A DNA stretch of 64,000 nt from Auanema rhodensis (GCA_964057225.1 OZ059894.1:10602001-10666000), one strand, 5' to 3'; numbered from the stretch's first letter, positions 1 through 11,587 are shown. Notes: generated by a model not told the origin, from the sequence alone. Numbers and translations: made by a program.

Positions 1-831
1 TAGCTCTGACATATGTTCTATCTTAAAGTATATTGTGTTTTGTACAGTTGATCTACCCGGGAATTTATCATCTTGCATCTTTCTGTAATTCCTCCTTTAC
101 TGCTCAGTGTAATTTGCCGTGTGGTTGAATTGTTGTTTCTTACCATACCCCTAATCTTTCGCTCCTCACTTGACTGCCTTCAGTGCTGTGCTCATTATTG
201 ACATCGCTTTTTACCTACTTTTGTACATAATCTTTTTCTGTATGTTTTGTCGGTTGTGAGATATGATTTGCTTGCTCGATTGTAACTCACACCCATCCTT
301 CTCTCTCTTTGGCCATCCAGCCACTTGACTATTACTTTGATAACCATTCAAAGTAACATCAATGATTGCTATTTTTGGCTCATTTACTAACGTTTCATTT
401 TTACTTTATTTGTTCAAACTTGTTCAAAATTTTATTCAGAGTTTTGGGAAATCTTTTTTTTTACTTTTTTTTTCTTTATCCCCATTACTTCCCCTCCTCC
501 TCCTTCTTCTTCCTCATACAGGTTATTTTTCGAGTGTTTTCAAATGGGCTAATCTTTCCGGTTCATATCTCTGTAGTCATGTAGATAGTTAAGTTTATTA
601 GCCATTCTAATAACCGGTGACCTATCCAGTTAATACGGTTCTGGTTTCAGTAGGAACGTTCTAATCGTTGTTTCTTTCTATTCTTTTTCTCATCATCAAC
701 GTCATCATGTTATGTTTTAAAATACCAGATTTGTGTTTGCCAAAAGTTTAATAATGCATACATAGGTACTACTAGTTCTAATCCTCTTGTCATTGGAGTT
801 AGTATATTAATGTATATAGATAGCCACCACT

Positions 832-856
832 ATCATCATCATCATCATCATCATCA
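832..856. repeat. (ATC)n microsatellite
   Basis: About 8 tandem ATC units seen directly. Confidence 0.9.
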
Positions 857-1241
857 CCACTCCTCTTTCGGCCTTGCACAAAATTTTAAACCCGTTGTAA
901 TATATTCATGTATAAGTACTCGGTGTATCTAATGTGGCCTATATATCTGAATTAATATAAGATCTCAATAGAGCACATGGATTTAAAGAATTTGAAAATG
1001 ATCGTATAAGGAATAAATCTTTTTTTTATTTTATGTTTTTCTATATTATTGATGAAATTATTACTTAAAACATGCTACAAGTATTCACTATATACTGCTT
1101 AAGCATTAAATATTAAATATAATACATATATAAACTAATAATTTATTTTTATACATTTGAATCTTAATAAGCTTTTGATAAAGAGAGATTTGAGTTTACT
1201 TCACTATTTTCTACCAATAATTAGTAAAACTCCCTTTTCAT

Positions 1242-1628
1242 TTAATCATCAGCAGACCAAACTTCAGCTTGAGTTTGTTGTGGTTGATCTGAACTTTGTT
1301 CTCGATTTTCGTGAGGGCTCAAACTCTGAAAAAAATCCAAATCTCTAATTTAATAAAAAAAAATTGAGAAAGTGGTTTGATTGCAACATACTCGACCACT
1401 TCCTTGATCTGAATCATCATTTCTAGATGGCTGTTGTTTAGCCTGTTCTTCTTCTTCTTCTTCTAAAGCTTTCATCTGAAGTTGTGCTTCTTTTTGCATT
1501 TCTTGAAGTTTTTCCATAGTATATGTCTTCATAGGTAAAAGTTTTGGTTTACAAAATATGGGAGCCCAATCTTCTTCTTCAAATATCATACAATCAGTAT
1601 ATGGTACCTTCTGAGTTAACTCTGCCAT
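1242..1628 (-). CDS. BBIP1: BBSome-interacting protein 1 (BBIP1/BBS18), 2 exons (1628-1392, 1325-1242)
   Basis: IFCKPKLLPMKTYTMEKLQEMQKEAQ matches the recalled BBIP10 core [26 protein letters not shown]...TTTTCAG intron, exon 2 reads SLSPHEN...WSADD*, and an X-box lies upstream. Confidence 0.88.
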
Positions 1629-1776
1629 TTATATCTAAAAACAAATATATTTTTAAAATATAAATGAAATACAAAGTTTAAACTTTAAAAAATGTTTAAA
1701 TTGCTTATATATATATAGAGAGAATAAGGTTTGTTTTGAATGCTATACATGCATGCAAGCTGACATATAAAATTAC

Positions 1777-1790
1777 GTTGTCATGGTAAC
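1777..1790. promoter_or_regulatory. X-box (RFX/DAF-19 site)
   Basis: GTTGTCATGGTAAC fits GTHNYYATRRNAAC and lies about 150 bp upstream of the ATG of a ciliary BBSome gene. Confidence 0.88.
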
Positions 1791-2753
1791 GTATAAAAAA
1801 TTATTGATTGATATACGAAAATTTATATAAAATCATATATATTTTAAAAGAATACAATAATAAAAAGAAAAAAAAAGGAAATATATAAATAAATATTTAT
1901 ATATTTAGAAATAGCTTGAAAATTATTTGAATGATGTATATAGTATGTATTATTAAATTATAAAATCAATAATAAATAATATCTTTTAAATTATTTTATT
2001 TATGAATATATATACAATTATAAATATTTAATTAATTTTACATAATATTAATTAAAGAAATAAAATTATTAAAATTTGAATAATATGGATTTGTTTGTGA
2101 ACGAAGCCAATAGCCAAGTAATTTTTTCTTATCTCCTCTTATAAATTTGTTTTGTTGATTAATTAGAATTTTAAAAACTGAAATAAATAACTTAAAACTT
2201 TAAAAAATAAAGTTTGTAAGATGTAAGATTGAACTTGAAATGAAAGGAAATCTTAATAATTAATATAATGAAAATAATTAAAGCTGACTGGATTATACAG
2301 TTTATTCTTGAAAATATTCTTCTTTCTATGAATCTTCCATAATTGTTTCAGATATTACATGTACATAAATAGAAATATTAATAATATTTATGATTTTTTA
2401 TTATAATTTGGTAATAATAATTGTTTTTCATTAAAATATCTTTGTTTTTCAAATTATTAAAGTTCTAATTCACTAATATGTATGTATCTATTTGTTTTTT
2501 TTGTATTTAATATATAAAAGAAATAAAAAATAATATTTAAAATATAGAAAGCATTGTAATGAAATGAAAATAATATACACATTTGATGAAATAAATTTTT
2601 TTTTAAAAAGAAAAAGTATAGAAGACATTTGATGTTGACAAATAATAGACAAATCTTTGTAAATATATAAGCAGTTCTTATAAAGAGATCATCATTTCAA
2701 TGATTTTTATCTTTTTTTGGATTTGTTGTTGTTGTTGTTGTTGTCTTCAGAAG

Positions 2754-3607
2754 TTAGCTATGACTTTGACGACGACTTGGTTGTTCTGATATCAAAGGTC
2801 TGTTAGATGTTAGTGTATGTCTCTATAATATATAAATATATAATAGATTACAGTATATTAAATAAATTTATCGTTTACCCTCTGTTTAGCATCATGTTCC
2901 ATCTTTTCAAAAGCTACAAGATGCCATTTTAGACATCCACCAATCAAAAGAATAAATAACTGAAAAATAAAATAAATATTATAAAATTTAAAAAACTTTA
3001 CCTCAATACATAGAACAATAACAAAGAAGACAGTACCATATTGTTTCATCATTTCATCTTCTTTAACTATATTAATTATATTTTATATAAATTAGAAAAG
3101 AAAAAGAATTAAAACCTTGTCTATTCATTGATATACCACTTGCATGTTTCTTATCATTTGATGGAAATATCATTAGAAATACAATAACAGAAGCTATTTT
3201 CAACATGATTCCAATAAACTTAAAAGAAATTTTTGTTTAAAAAAAAAGAAAAAGAAAGAGAATACTTACAGCAACCATTATACATGGCCATTGATCTGAA
3301 CGATTTTCTGTTTTAAATTTGAATAAAGCAAAAAATAAAAGAAATGTTGGAACAAAGAGTGACATGAGTGATATTGGATAAAACAGAAAAACGGGAAAGA
3401 CGCTGACAAAGAGATAGAATAGTAATAAACATAGAACTAATCTCTGAAACAACTTTGAAATTAAAAAAAAAATTAAAATTAACTGACCGTCATATTAATT
3501 TTTCGTTGATCCATCATATTATGATTAGAACTATGTGATACAGTTTTGCTAGCTCTTCGTTCATTTGTGGCATTTTCATCAACAGGTCGGGTATTGATGA
3601 ATATCAT
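2754..3607 (-). CDS. Multi-pass membrane protein of unknown family (about 4 TM, multi-exon)
   Basis: TTTCAAG-AA-ATG start. Hydrophobic exons FQRLVLCLLLFYLFVSVFPVFLFYP..., IMLKIASVIVFLMIFP, YGTVFFVIVLCIE and FILLIGGCLKWHLVAFE are separated by short GT-AG introns; ends ...PSRRQSHS*. Confidence 0.65.
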
Positions 3608-4639
3608 TTCTTGAAAACATATGTATATAATGAAGAACAGAGAAAGTGAAAAGCTCAAGTTGAAAATCCAATACAACCTTCGGGTATCAAATTTAACTTT
3701 CACGAAATATGAAGAGAAAAAATACATGTTGATGATTAAAGATTATTTACTTTTTGAACAAAAATGTTTTTATTTTCAAGAAATTCAATTGAAAACTACA
3801 CAAGTTTTGTGTTAAAAAAAGTAAAATAAATCTTTATGAATGATAAATGATAAAGAGATTAAAGAATATATCATTAGTGTACTATAAGCTATTTCTAAAA
3901 ATGACTGAAAGTTTGACAATTAAAACTTTTTTTCAACGAATTCAACAAAAAAGAAATTCAATACTATTTACTATATAGATTTGTGCTCTTATTTTATTGT
4001 GATGATCACTAGAAAACAGAAAAAAATTGACTCAAACACTAGATGAATACAGGAAGTGGGTCGAGTATTTTGGAATTTCAAATGAAACATCAAAGACAAG
4101 CTTTGTCTAAGTTTACATCGAAAATAGGAAAAACTTAAGAAGAAGATATGTAAAAGAAGAATCATTCAAATAAGTAGAAAAGAGCCAAATTTAAAAAATG
4201 AAATATGAAATATAGTATAAGATATTAGAAATTAAAGTACTTTTATGCTATTTTTTTGGTTTTTTCAAAATGAATACGACTAAGTTGTTTAGAAAGCTGT
4301 TGTTGTTTTATCATAAAAGATCTGACCAATTGAAAAAAATATAAATATTTTAGTAGTTTTAGTTGAAAAAAAATGGAATAGACACGGGGACAACTGCTTT
4401 ATGGATACAATGAGAGAGGGTGAGAAAGAAAAAAGGGAGAAGCCAACTGAATTCATTGTTGTCCCAGCTTATCGCACTACCACGCACTTTAAGATTTAAC
4501 AAGAAAAAGAGGATCCATTAAAAGAAACGCTAAAATTAAAACCTGGCTGCATCAAATTTGAAGTTTTTAAGGGGAAAAAAGCAAAATAGATGATGAAAAA
4601 CGAGTCATCATTCATAATTTATTGCTGGTATTGTTGGTT

Positions 4640-5910
4640 TTTGACATAAGAATTAGATGAGTGAGCTGTCTGGATTAGATGAAAATTTTGAAATACGAAG
4701 GTTAAAAAGAGAAGAATAAGACGAATTGTATTGAACATATCTTTCTGATTATTAAGAAATGTTATTCAGATCTCATGATGAGCCCAGATGGATCATTTTA
4801 AATCATTTATTGCCTTTTTTTATCTGGACATCTGCGGATATGTCGTATGTAATATACAAATATATTTAACTAGAAAGCAATAAGTATAAGAAAAGTACAA
4901 ATTATTTTTAAAATTTCTTCAACATTAAGATATAGATATGCTTTTAACATATTTAACTTGATTAAGAAGTTTTTGCTGTGATGTTTGAACACATGAAAAT
5001 GAAGTTGTGACATGGCGTGTGGAGAGCACAGCTGACTTATTCTTCTGCTCATGACGTATCAGAACAAGGCATTTCCGAAACGATTAAAAACCTTTTTGTA
5101 TATGTGTGATGAAGTTGAAGCCGATAAGCTCAGTAGATAGGTAGGTAAGTTGGTCGGCTAAAAACTTAAATACGAACAAACTCTTAATGGTTGTTGAAAT
5201 CGGTAAATTCTGTTGTAAACCACTCAGGATCGCTTGCTGTGAAGATATTAACAAATGGATAATCGAGTATGAGGGGTAAATCTTTTAGTGAAAAGTTGTC
5301 TGAGTAGTGAAAAGAAAGGAAACAGTCAATTGAACGGAAAACACAACTGTCTTATTTAAAGATGTCCAAGAATCTTATTGTAAATCAAGAATGGTGTAAG
5401 ATATTGAACTCTGCTAAACCTTTCCTTCACTTGTACAATCATCTTCATAATTTGCTATAAACTAATGAAATTTATAGTTAATGAACATGAAATACGTGAG
5501 GTCTGGAAAAAACTGCTCCAACAAGATAATATTCAGCTTTCTCAGAAGAACAAGATATAAGACATGTCACTCAGGGAATCTCAAGGTTCCGCGTGATATA
5601 TGCCTGATTCATAATCAAAGGCTTTTTCAGGTTCATCACTTAGTCCAACTGATGAGGCGTAATCCGGAAAACAGCTGACGACATTCCTCCTTGAACTGAT
5701 AAGAGCAGGCGAGAAGCAACAATGATCGAGAAGGATATACAAGAGACAAGGTAGTAGAGATATAGAAAAAATGACAAAGAGAGAGGGAAATGCGAGAAGG
5801 TTAAGCCACAAAGAGATGGAAGAGTGGAAATAATGATGAAGCTCTTTGTCAATGTTGCATTGCAAAATGAAGAAAAAAGCCCAAAAAAGCCCAAAAAAGG
5901 TCAAAGCCAA
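4640..5910. pseudogene. Possible decayed gene or TE remnant
   Basis: Higher-GC blocks with splice-like signals and short peptide-like fragments (e.g. + strand MVVEIGKFCCKPLRIACCEDINKWIIEYEG), but no continuous spliced ORF could be built on either strand. Confidence 0.2.
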
Positions 5911-6518
5911 CAAAAAACAATGGTATTATAATGATTAGAAGCTTTTGAATACAAAATTTATTATTGAAAAGATATTAAATGTAGAAAATTTTGAAAATAA
6001 TTGAGTGGGTGGGTACGCATAATTGGAAGAACAATATGGTTTTCATATCCAAAAGAAAATAGAAAGAATAAAATTATCTAGAATAAATATGATTTTATGA
6101 AGATGAAACTAAAAGAATAAGAAAGTTAAAAGAAAAATAAGAAGATGATAGTAGTTCAAAGAAATATTTCTTATTGCTTTCAGTAAGATGGGATCTTTAG
6201 ATCTTTTAACTTCCTTTAGCAACAGAGTTCCAGTTGACATCATGACCTAATTGGAGTATTCAGTAAGTTGTCCAGTTACTCCCTACTGCTTTTAACTTTA
6301 AAATCCTCAATTTTCATACATTATAGAAAAAATTTAGTGACAGTGATTGTTGACATCGGAACACAAATATACACAAATATATAATCACGAAAGGCTACTG
6401 TTGTATTCAAATCAAATTTCATATAAATAACATTCTAACCTTAAAATATATTTTAATAATAAATAATAATAATAATAATAATACATTCTCTAATAAATAT
6501 TAAAATAAATCAAAATAT

Positions 6519-7187
6519 CTAAAAAAATAAAAAAATACTGGACAAGGTAAATGCAGTGAAAGCAATACTCTGTGAGCTTACATTGCACATAAATCCTTTG
6601 CAGAAGCATTCCGTCATATATTCTACTTCAGCTCTAAACTTCTGATATAGAGAGAAGAAAATAATAATGAAGGAACCTATGCGAATAATCATCAGGAGTT
6701 TGAAAGCAACGGTTGTCTGTTGGTGAATTGTGATGTTCAGGATCAAGCATTCGATCATAACATCCGCGTAAAACACTAACTTCTATATTTCCTGGAACAA
6801 ACAAAAAGTTTGAAAGAAAAAACGATTTTAGATCTACGAAACCATTCGGCAATATAGTTGAAGAAGTCCATTTATAGCAATAGCCTTTACAAGCAACAGC
6901 TATTTTATCTGCATATACCCTAATAGGATCAAGAATGCAAGCTAAAGGTGCATGAGGAGGTTGATCAATGATACTCAAGTTCTAAAGTAAATCTTCAAAT
7001 TTTTTTCTAAACATTCAAAATTAACCAACTTTCAATCCCGGAATTCTGTCAACGTAATAATTCCAATTGTTATTACTCATACATGAAAAGCATTCAGCTT
7101 AATATAAATAATAAGTTTGATTAATCAAGAATTATTACCTGAGGTGTGAACTATATTAAAAGCGAAAACAAGAAAAATGAGAAGCAT
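6519..7187 (-). CDS. Secreted or GPI-anchored three-finger protein (Ly-6/ODR-2/quiver-like)
   Basis: Signal peptide MLLIFLVFAFNIVHTS, Cys pattern C..CKGYC..RGC..C..CFCKGFMCN, then hydrophobic tail SSQSIAFTAFTLSSIFLFF. The 3' end is uncertain. Confidence 0.7.
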
Positions 7188-7716
7188 GATGATAATGATG
7201 ATGCTGATGCTGATGATATGAATAAAAATAATCAATCACTTTTCAAATTGTAAAGAAATTCGATAATATTATAGTCGATGAAGGCTGGTTCGTGGGCTCG
7301 TTCGAATACTAAAGAGGATCACAAAGTGAAAAAAGAGAAAATGGAAATATAGAGAGCAAGAGATAGAATCCAGGTGATGAGTCAGATACTTGGCCTTTCT
7401 TTCACGCATTCTTCTTTCTTTACATTATAAGGATTTATTTTATTTATTTTATCTTCGGATCATAAGGAAAAGTCAATAGTATAAATGTTTTATGTTATTC
7501 TCTTCTATTCATATTTATAAAAAATTATTAAATGAAACTAAAACTGAAAATAAAAATAAAGTTTTAACTTTGAAATTACTAATTTAGAAGAAAAAAATTT
7601 AAATATTATACGTCATATTCACGTGGGTATGAATCATTGATATTAATTCAAACACTCACACGGTTGTACAAATATAAACAATAACGTATTCTTTCAACAA
7701 TCTAATTCCTGGTCAA

Positions 7717-8076
7717 AGTATTTTCGACAATACCAATAACTAATTTTTTCTTTTTGGATTATATCAACGATGTATCGAACATTTAGAATGGTATCATCAT
7801 CACTGGTCTCACCGTATCCTGTTCATCATCAGATAAATACTAAGCGGACTGTCCTATATTTGATGAATGAATGTAGATGTCTCTGTGGTCTTAACATCGG
7901 TTCCGTGGTGTAGCGGTTAGCACTCAGGACTTTGAATCCTGCGACCCGAGTTCAAATCTCGGCGGAACCTACGTTTTACCTTTTTGAATTGATAGCAGCA
8001 TTATATTAAAAATATATTTTTGGTTATTATTTCAGTCTTAACTAGTATATAGTATTTTCGACAATGCCAACAACTA
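7717..8076 (+). repeat. 26-bp imperfect direct repeat pair (7717-7742 and 8051-8076) bracketing the tRNA
   Basis: AGTATTTTCGACAATACCAATAACTA vs AGTATTTTCGACAATGCCAACAACTA, 24/26 identical. Confidence 0.8.
7899..7970 (+). tRNA. tRNA-Gln(UUG)
   Basis: 72-nt cloverleaf GGTTCCG...CGGAACCT, anticodon loop CT-TTG-AA, A box TGGTGTAGCGG, B box GTTCAAATC, T runs downstream. Confidence 0.97.
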
Positions 8077-8298
8077 TTCAACAACATCAAGATAGTCAAA
8101 AACTAATCGAAAGCTGAGAAACAAAAAAGATTTCTTTTCTTTTGGAAGTTCATTTAACATGAATTAGCAGATCTTTATTATCTTACCCACAACTTCTTTC
8201 CATATTTTCATCTCATAAACACATAAATACATGAAACCTTTATTTATACAGTGCAACAGTAACAACATAACAACGATTTTCAACAATGAAACGGTTAA

Positions 8299-10768
8299 TT
8301 ATTCTTCATCTTCATCAGCAGCCTTGCTCTTCTTCTTCTTCTTCTTTGGCTTCTCAACAACTTCTTCCTCTTCCTCTACTGGTTCAGCAGCTCTCTTGAC
8401 AGCCTTCTGTAAATAACTCCATTTCTAACGTTCCAAAATGATAAAAACAGGTCGCATAAAGAAACGGTCAGAATTGGGAATGATATCGCATGTTTGCGAA
8501 TCGGAAATCAAGTAAGTGATAGAAATCCGGATTAGAGACATGCTAACTGCAGATAAATAGTAATGTACTTACAAGTTCCTCTTCTTCTTCGTCAACCTTC
8601 TTGGCTTTCTTAGCTGCCTTCTTCTTCTTTTTAAGAGCCTTTACTTGAGCTTCCTTGGCTTCTTCCTGAGCCTTGGCCATCACATCAATATTTTTCTGTG
8701 GAATGTCTCCGGTTTCGAAATATTTCAGTCTCTCTTCAACTTGAGCCTTGAGGTGCTCTCCGAATGTGGTAACAGGAACCTAAAACGAAGGAATTAGTTC
8801 GTTTTACAAAAACTGTATGTGGGATACATATCGAACGATCACTCTATTAATTAGTCGTGACCGTTGTCTGATGGTCGCTATACTTTTCCTTGCCTCAGAC
8901 CAGGTGTCATGCATTTAAAGCAAGCCACCCCGGCTTAATATACAAGGATGATAAAAAACGAAAAGCAGCATACCTCTGAGAAACAATCGATTCTTGCAGC
9001 GATTGAGCACTTGTTAGCAAGGAATCTTGAAATTCTTCCCTTGTTCTTAGCAGAAGCACGTCCAATGAAGGAGGAATGGAACAAAAGACCATATTTTGGA
9101 GTGGCAGCTAAAGCAAAAGATAAATAAGTAGAACTGCATCATTAATGCTTACATCTTGTCTTTAAAGCTCTGAACAATGCCTTTTCAGCTCCTAGGATCT
9201 GAACAGTGGAAGCCGGGTACTTTGAAAGGTTAGTAAGAGATCCAGCATGAGAGATCAAGCGAGCTCCGACTTGCTCTCCGATGAGAGCACTAAGAGATGG
9301 AGCGCAACTGTTCATTCGGTCCTTAATATACTCATGAAGCTGGTGACGGTACTCGGTAAGTTCAGCAACTCTGTTAGCAAATCTAAAATACAAAAATTAG
9401 AAGAAGAAAGATCTAAATTTTAACTGTGGGATACATATCGAACGATCACTCTATTAAATAGTCGTGACCGTTGTCTGATGGTCGCTATACTTTTCCTTGC
9501 CTCAGACCAGGTGTCATGCATTTAAAGCAAGCCACCCCGGCTTAATATACAAGGATACAAGCAAAATAATTCCCTTAAGAAACTTGCCTTTCAATGTTAA
9601 TCAAATCCAACTCTGAGATGTCCATACCACAGGATGTTCTTGCGGCTTCAACAATTTCAGCAGCCTTCTCTTCATCACCATCAACAATCTCAGTGATCTT
9701 GGCGAGCATTTCCTCGTTGTCGGCAATGGTGCTTCTATCAAGGATAGTAACAGCAAGGCGAGCATATTTGTATTGATCAGGTGCAATTCTGAAGAGCTCA
9801 GGGAACGAATAAGAATACCTAAAAAAAATAAGTTTTAGAAAGATGCTATTTTCAAAGTTTTACCATTCACGGATTCTCATACCGAAGAGGTTAATATCCT
9901 TATCAAGCTGATCGAGAAGAGCAATAGATTGGATAACCATGTTATCGACTCTGTGGACATCGAATTTAACCTTGAACAAAATCTCAATTAAGTACAGCAT
10001 TTTTTAATACCTTAGATCTAGAATAACTGTGTCCAAGAGAAAGTTGAGCCTTGGCGAGAGAGTGATGGGGGAGAGACTTGGCCAAATACTCGAAATGGAC
10101 GCGGATTCCTCTGAGAATCTAAAAAAATTTCGAAACTATGGCAATTCGTCTTCATCGGTGCATTAATTTCAGCCGGAAATTTAACACACCTCGGTAATAA
10201 CGCCACCAAAAACTAGCTTTAAATCAGGAATCGCTTCAGTAAGCGATCCCGCTAGTTTAGAATCATTAATTCCTAACACTACTTTCTTCTTTTTCTTTGG
10301 GAGGTTGCTTTCAAGAAAAGCAACTAAATCAGGATGAGCAAGTCCTACACAGCTCAGAATGAAATATCAAAAAAAAAGACAAACTTCTTACCTTCAGAGA
10401 GAGAGTTACAGTTTTCCAAAGCAGCTTCAGTGTTCTTGAATGGATCAAAAGAAGCAAGCTTCACAATACCAGAGAATTTTCCACCATCGGCAATAGCGGA
10501 ATCAACCTAAAATGTTTTGCAATTATATATTTTGATCAAATTACTAAATTCATTCAATTAAAATTAGAAATTGCAAACTAATGTAGCATACGTACGAATC
10601 GTCAAGGATTTTAGCCACCAGACCGGGATACCAGCATGCGAATTTTAAAAAAAAGAAAAGAAATAATACCTCTGGAATGATCAATCCTGCATCTTCAAAT
10701 TCCTTAACTTTAAGAAGGGCATATCCTACAGCGTGCTCGTAGAGCACATAATGAGGAACTTCGGACAT
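8299..10768 (-). CDS. nol-56: Nucleolar protein 56, box C/D snoRNP core protein (multi-exon)
   Basis: [19 protein letters not shown]..., [73 protein letters not shown] and a Lys-rich tail, closely matching recalled nematode NOP56. Confidence 0.97.
8407..8545 (-). ncRNA. Putative box H/ACA snoRNA in the last NOP56 intron
   Basis: 5' hairpin GCATGT...ACATGC, H box ATATCA (8486-8481), second hairpin with TTCTGAC/GTTAGAA pairing. The only downstream ACA is in the acceptor TTTACAG. Confidence 0.55.
8815..8949 (-). ncRNA. Box H/ACA snoRNA, copy A (NOP56 intron)
   Basis: CCTTG...CAAGG hairpin with inner CCGGGGTG/CACCTGG stem, H box AAAGTA, AACGGTCAC/GTGATCGTT hairpin and ACA (8820-8818); duplicated at 9425-9556. 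Confidence 0.8.
9422..9556 (-). ncRNA. Box H/ACA snoRNA, copy B (inside the GC-AG intron of NOP56)
   Basis: 131/132 identical to 8818-8949, with unrelated flanks. Confidence 0.8.
10510..10641 (-). ncRNA. Putative box H/ACA snoRNA in NOP56 intron 1
   Basis: GCATGC...GTATGC hairpin, H box ACATTA, TTTGCAATT...AATTGCAAA hairpin, then ACA-TTT directly before the TAG acceptor. Confidence 0.7.
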
Positions 10769-10872
10769 GGTTAACGCACCCTAGAAGACTCAGCATAATT
10801 CCTTCTTAATTTAAAAGTAAAAATACACACAAATGCCCAAAATCAAAAATAGTCACAATATTTTGCGTTTGT

Positions 10873-10898
10873 TACGGTAGGCGGTTCGCCGCGAGACC
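10873..10898. promoter_or_regulatory. Paired TACGGTAG / GCGAGACC promoter motif (m1m2-like) upstream of NOP56
   Basis: TACGGTAG (10873-10880), 10-bp spacer, GCGAGACC (10891-10898), 105-130 bp upstream of the ATG. Resembles the C. elegans germline-promoter motif pair. Confidence 0.55.
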
Positions 10899-11587
10899 TA
10901 TAACTGATTTAACATTATGATTAAAACTAGGTCAGGTACCTTTAATAGTGCTTATTTTATTGCTAATGGGAAGATTTGGATGTAAAGATTACGCTTTGAT
11001 TATAATATATATTTTGTTTATTCAAAGTATAAAAATATCAAACAGGAACTAGGATCACAATGTTTTCAAAAGTTTTTTATAAGAGAAATTACATAGATCA
11101 AAGTTATATTAATTATAGTATTTTGGAAATATTTTTTGGTTTGATTAGGATTTAAAATTATATTTAGATGATTGAGGTTTTGAAGTAATTTTTAAAATGC
11201 GAATTATACATTTTAAACTATGACGTCGGTATTTGATTTAGCGTCAATGATTTCATTGGAGTTTTCAACCTTGTGTGCAGATAGCACGCACATTTGTCAT
11301 TTCTTATCGTGTTTTGGGGTAAGTAAACTTCTAGAGAAATATTTTTGGGCTCAAACTCCACTTTCAGTATTAAAGCTGATAGACACATGTTGTCAAAGTT
11401 CTTCATTAACAGGCAAAAAAGGCTGTCTGCACGTGTTCTAAAGATATCAAAGGAGAGCAAATGTGATAATGAATAGCTTTAAAGGAGAGAAAATAAATCA
11501 TTTTTCTTCCGATAAGGAGAGTAGAAACATTGTATTCTGAATTCTCTCTTGAATCTACATAATTTTCAATACATTCTATAGTGTGAT

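Noticed and set aside
1-1020. ORFs 362-592 and 366-584
   Set aside because: T-rich low-complexity sequence with no family signal; more like the 3' UTR of a gene outside the window.
5581-5913. 110-aa hydrophobic minus-strand ORF
   Set aside because: Non-ATG start, hydrophobicity in several frames from pyrimidine bias, and no consistent splicing.
7785-7860. TGATGA-rich segment as a box C/D snoRNA
   Set aside because: C-box-like motifs on the minus strand but no downstream CTGA D box or terminal stem.
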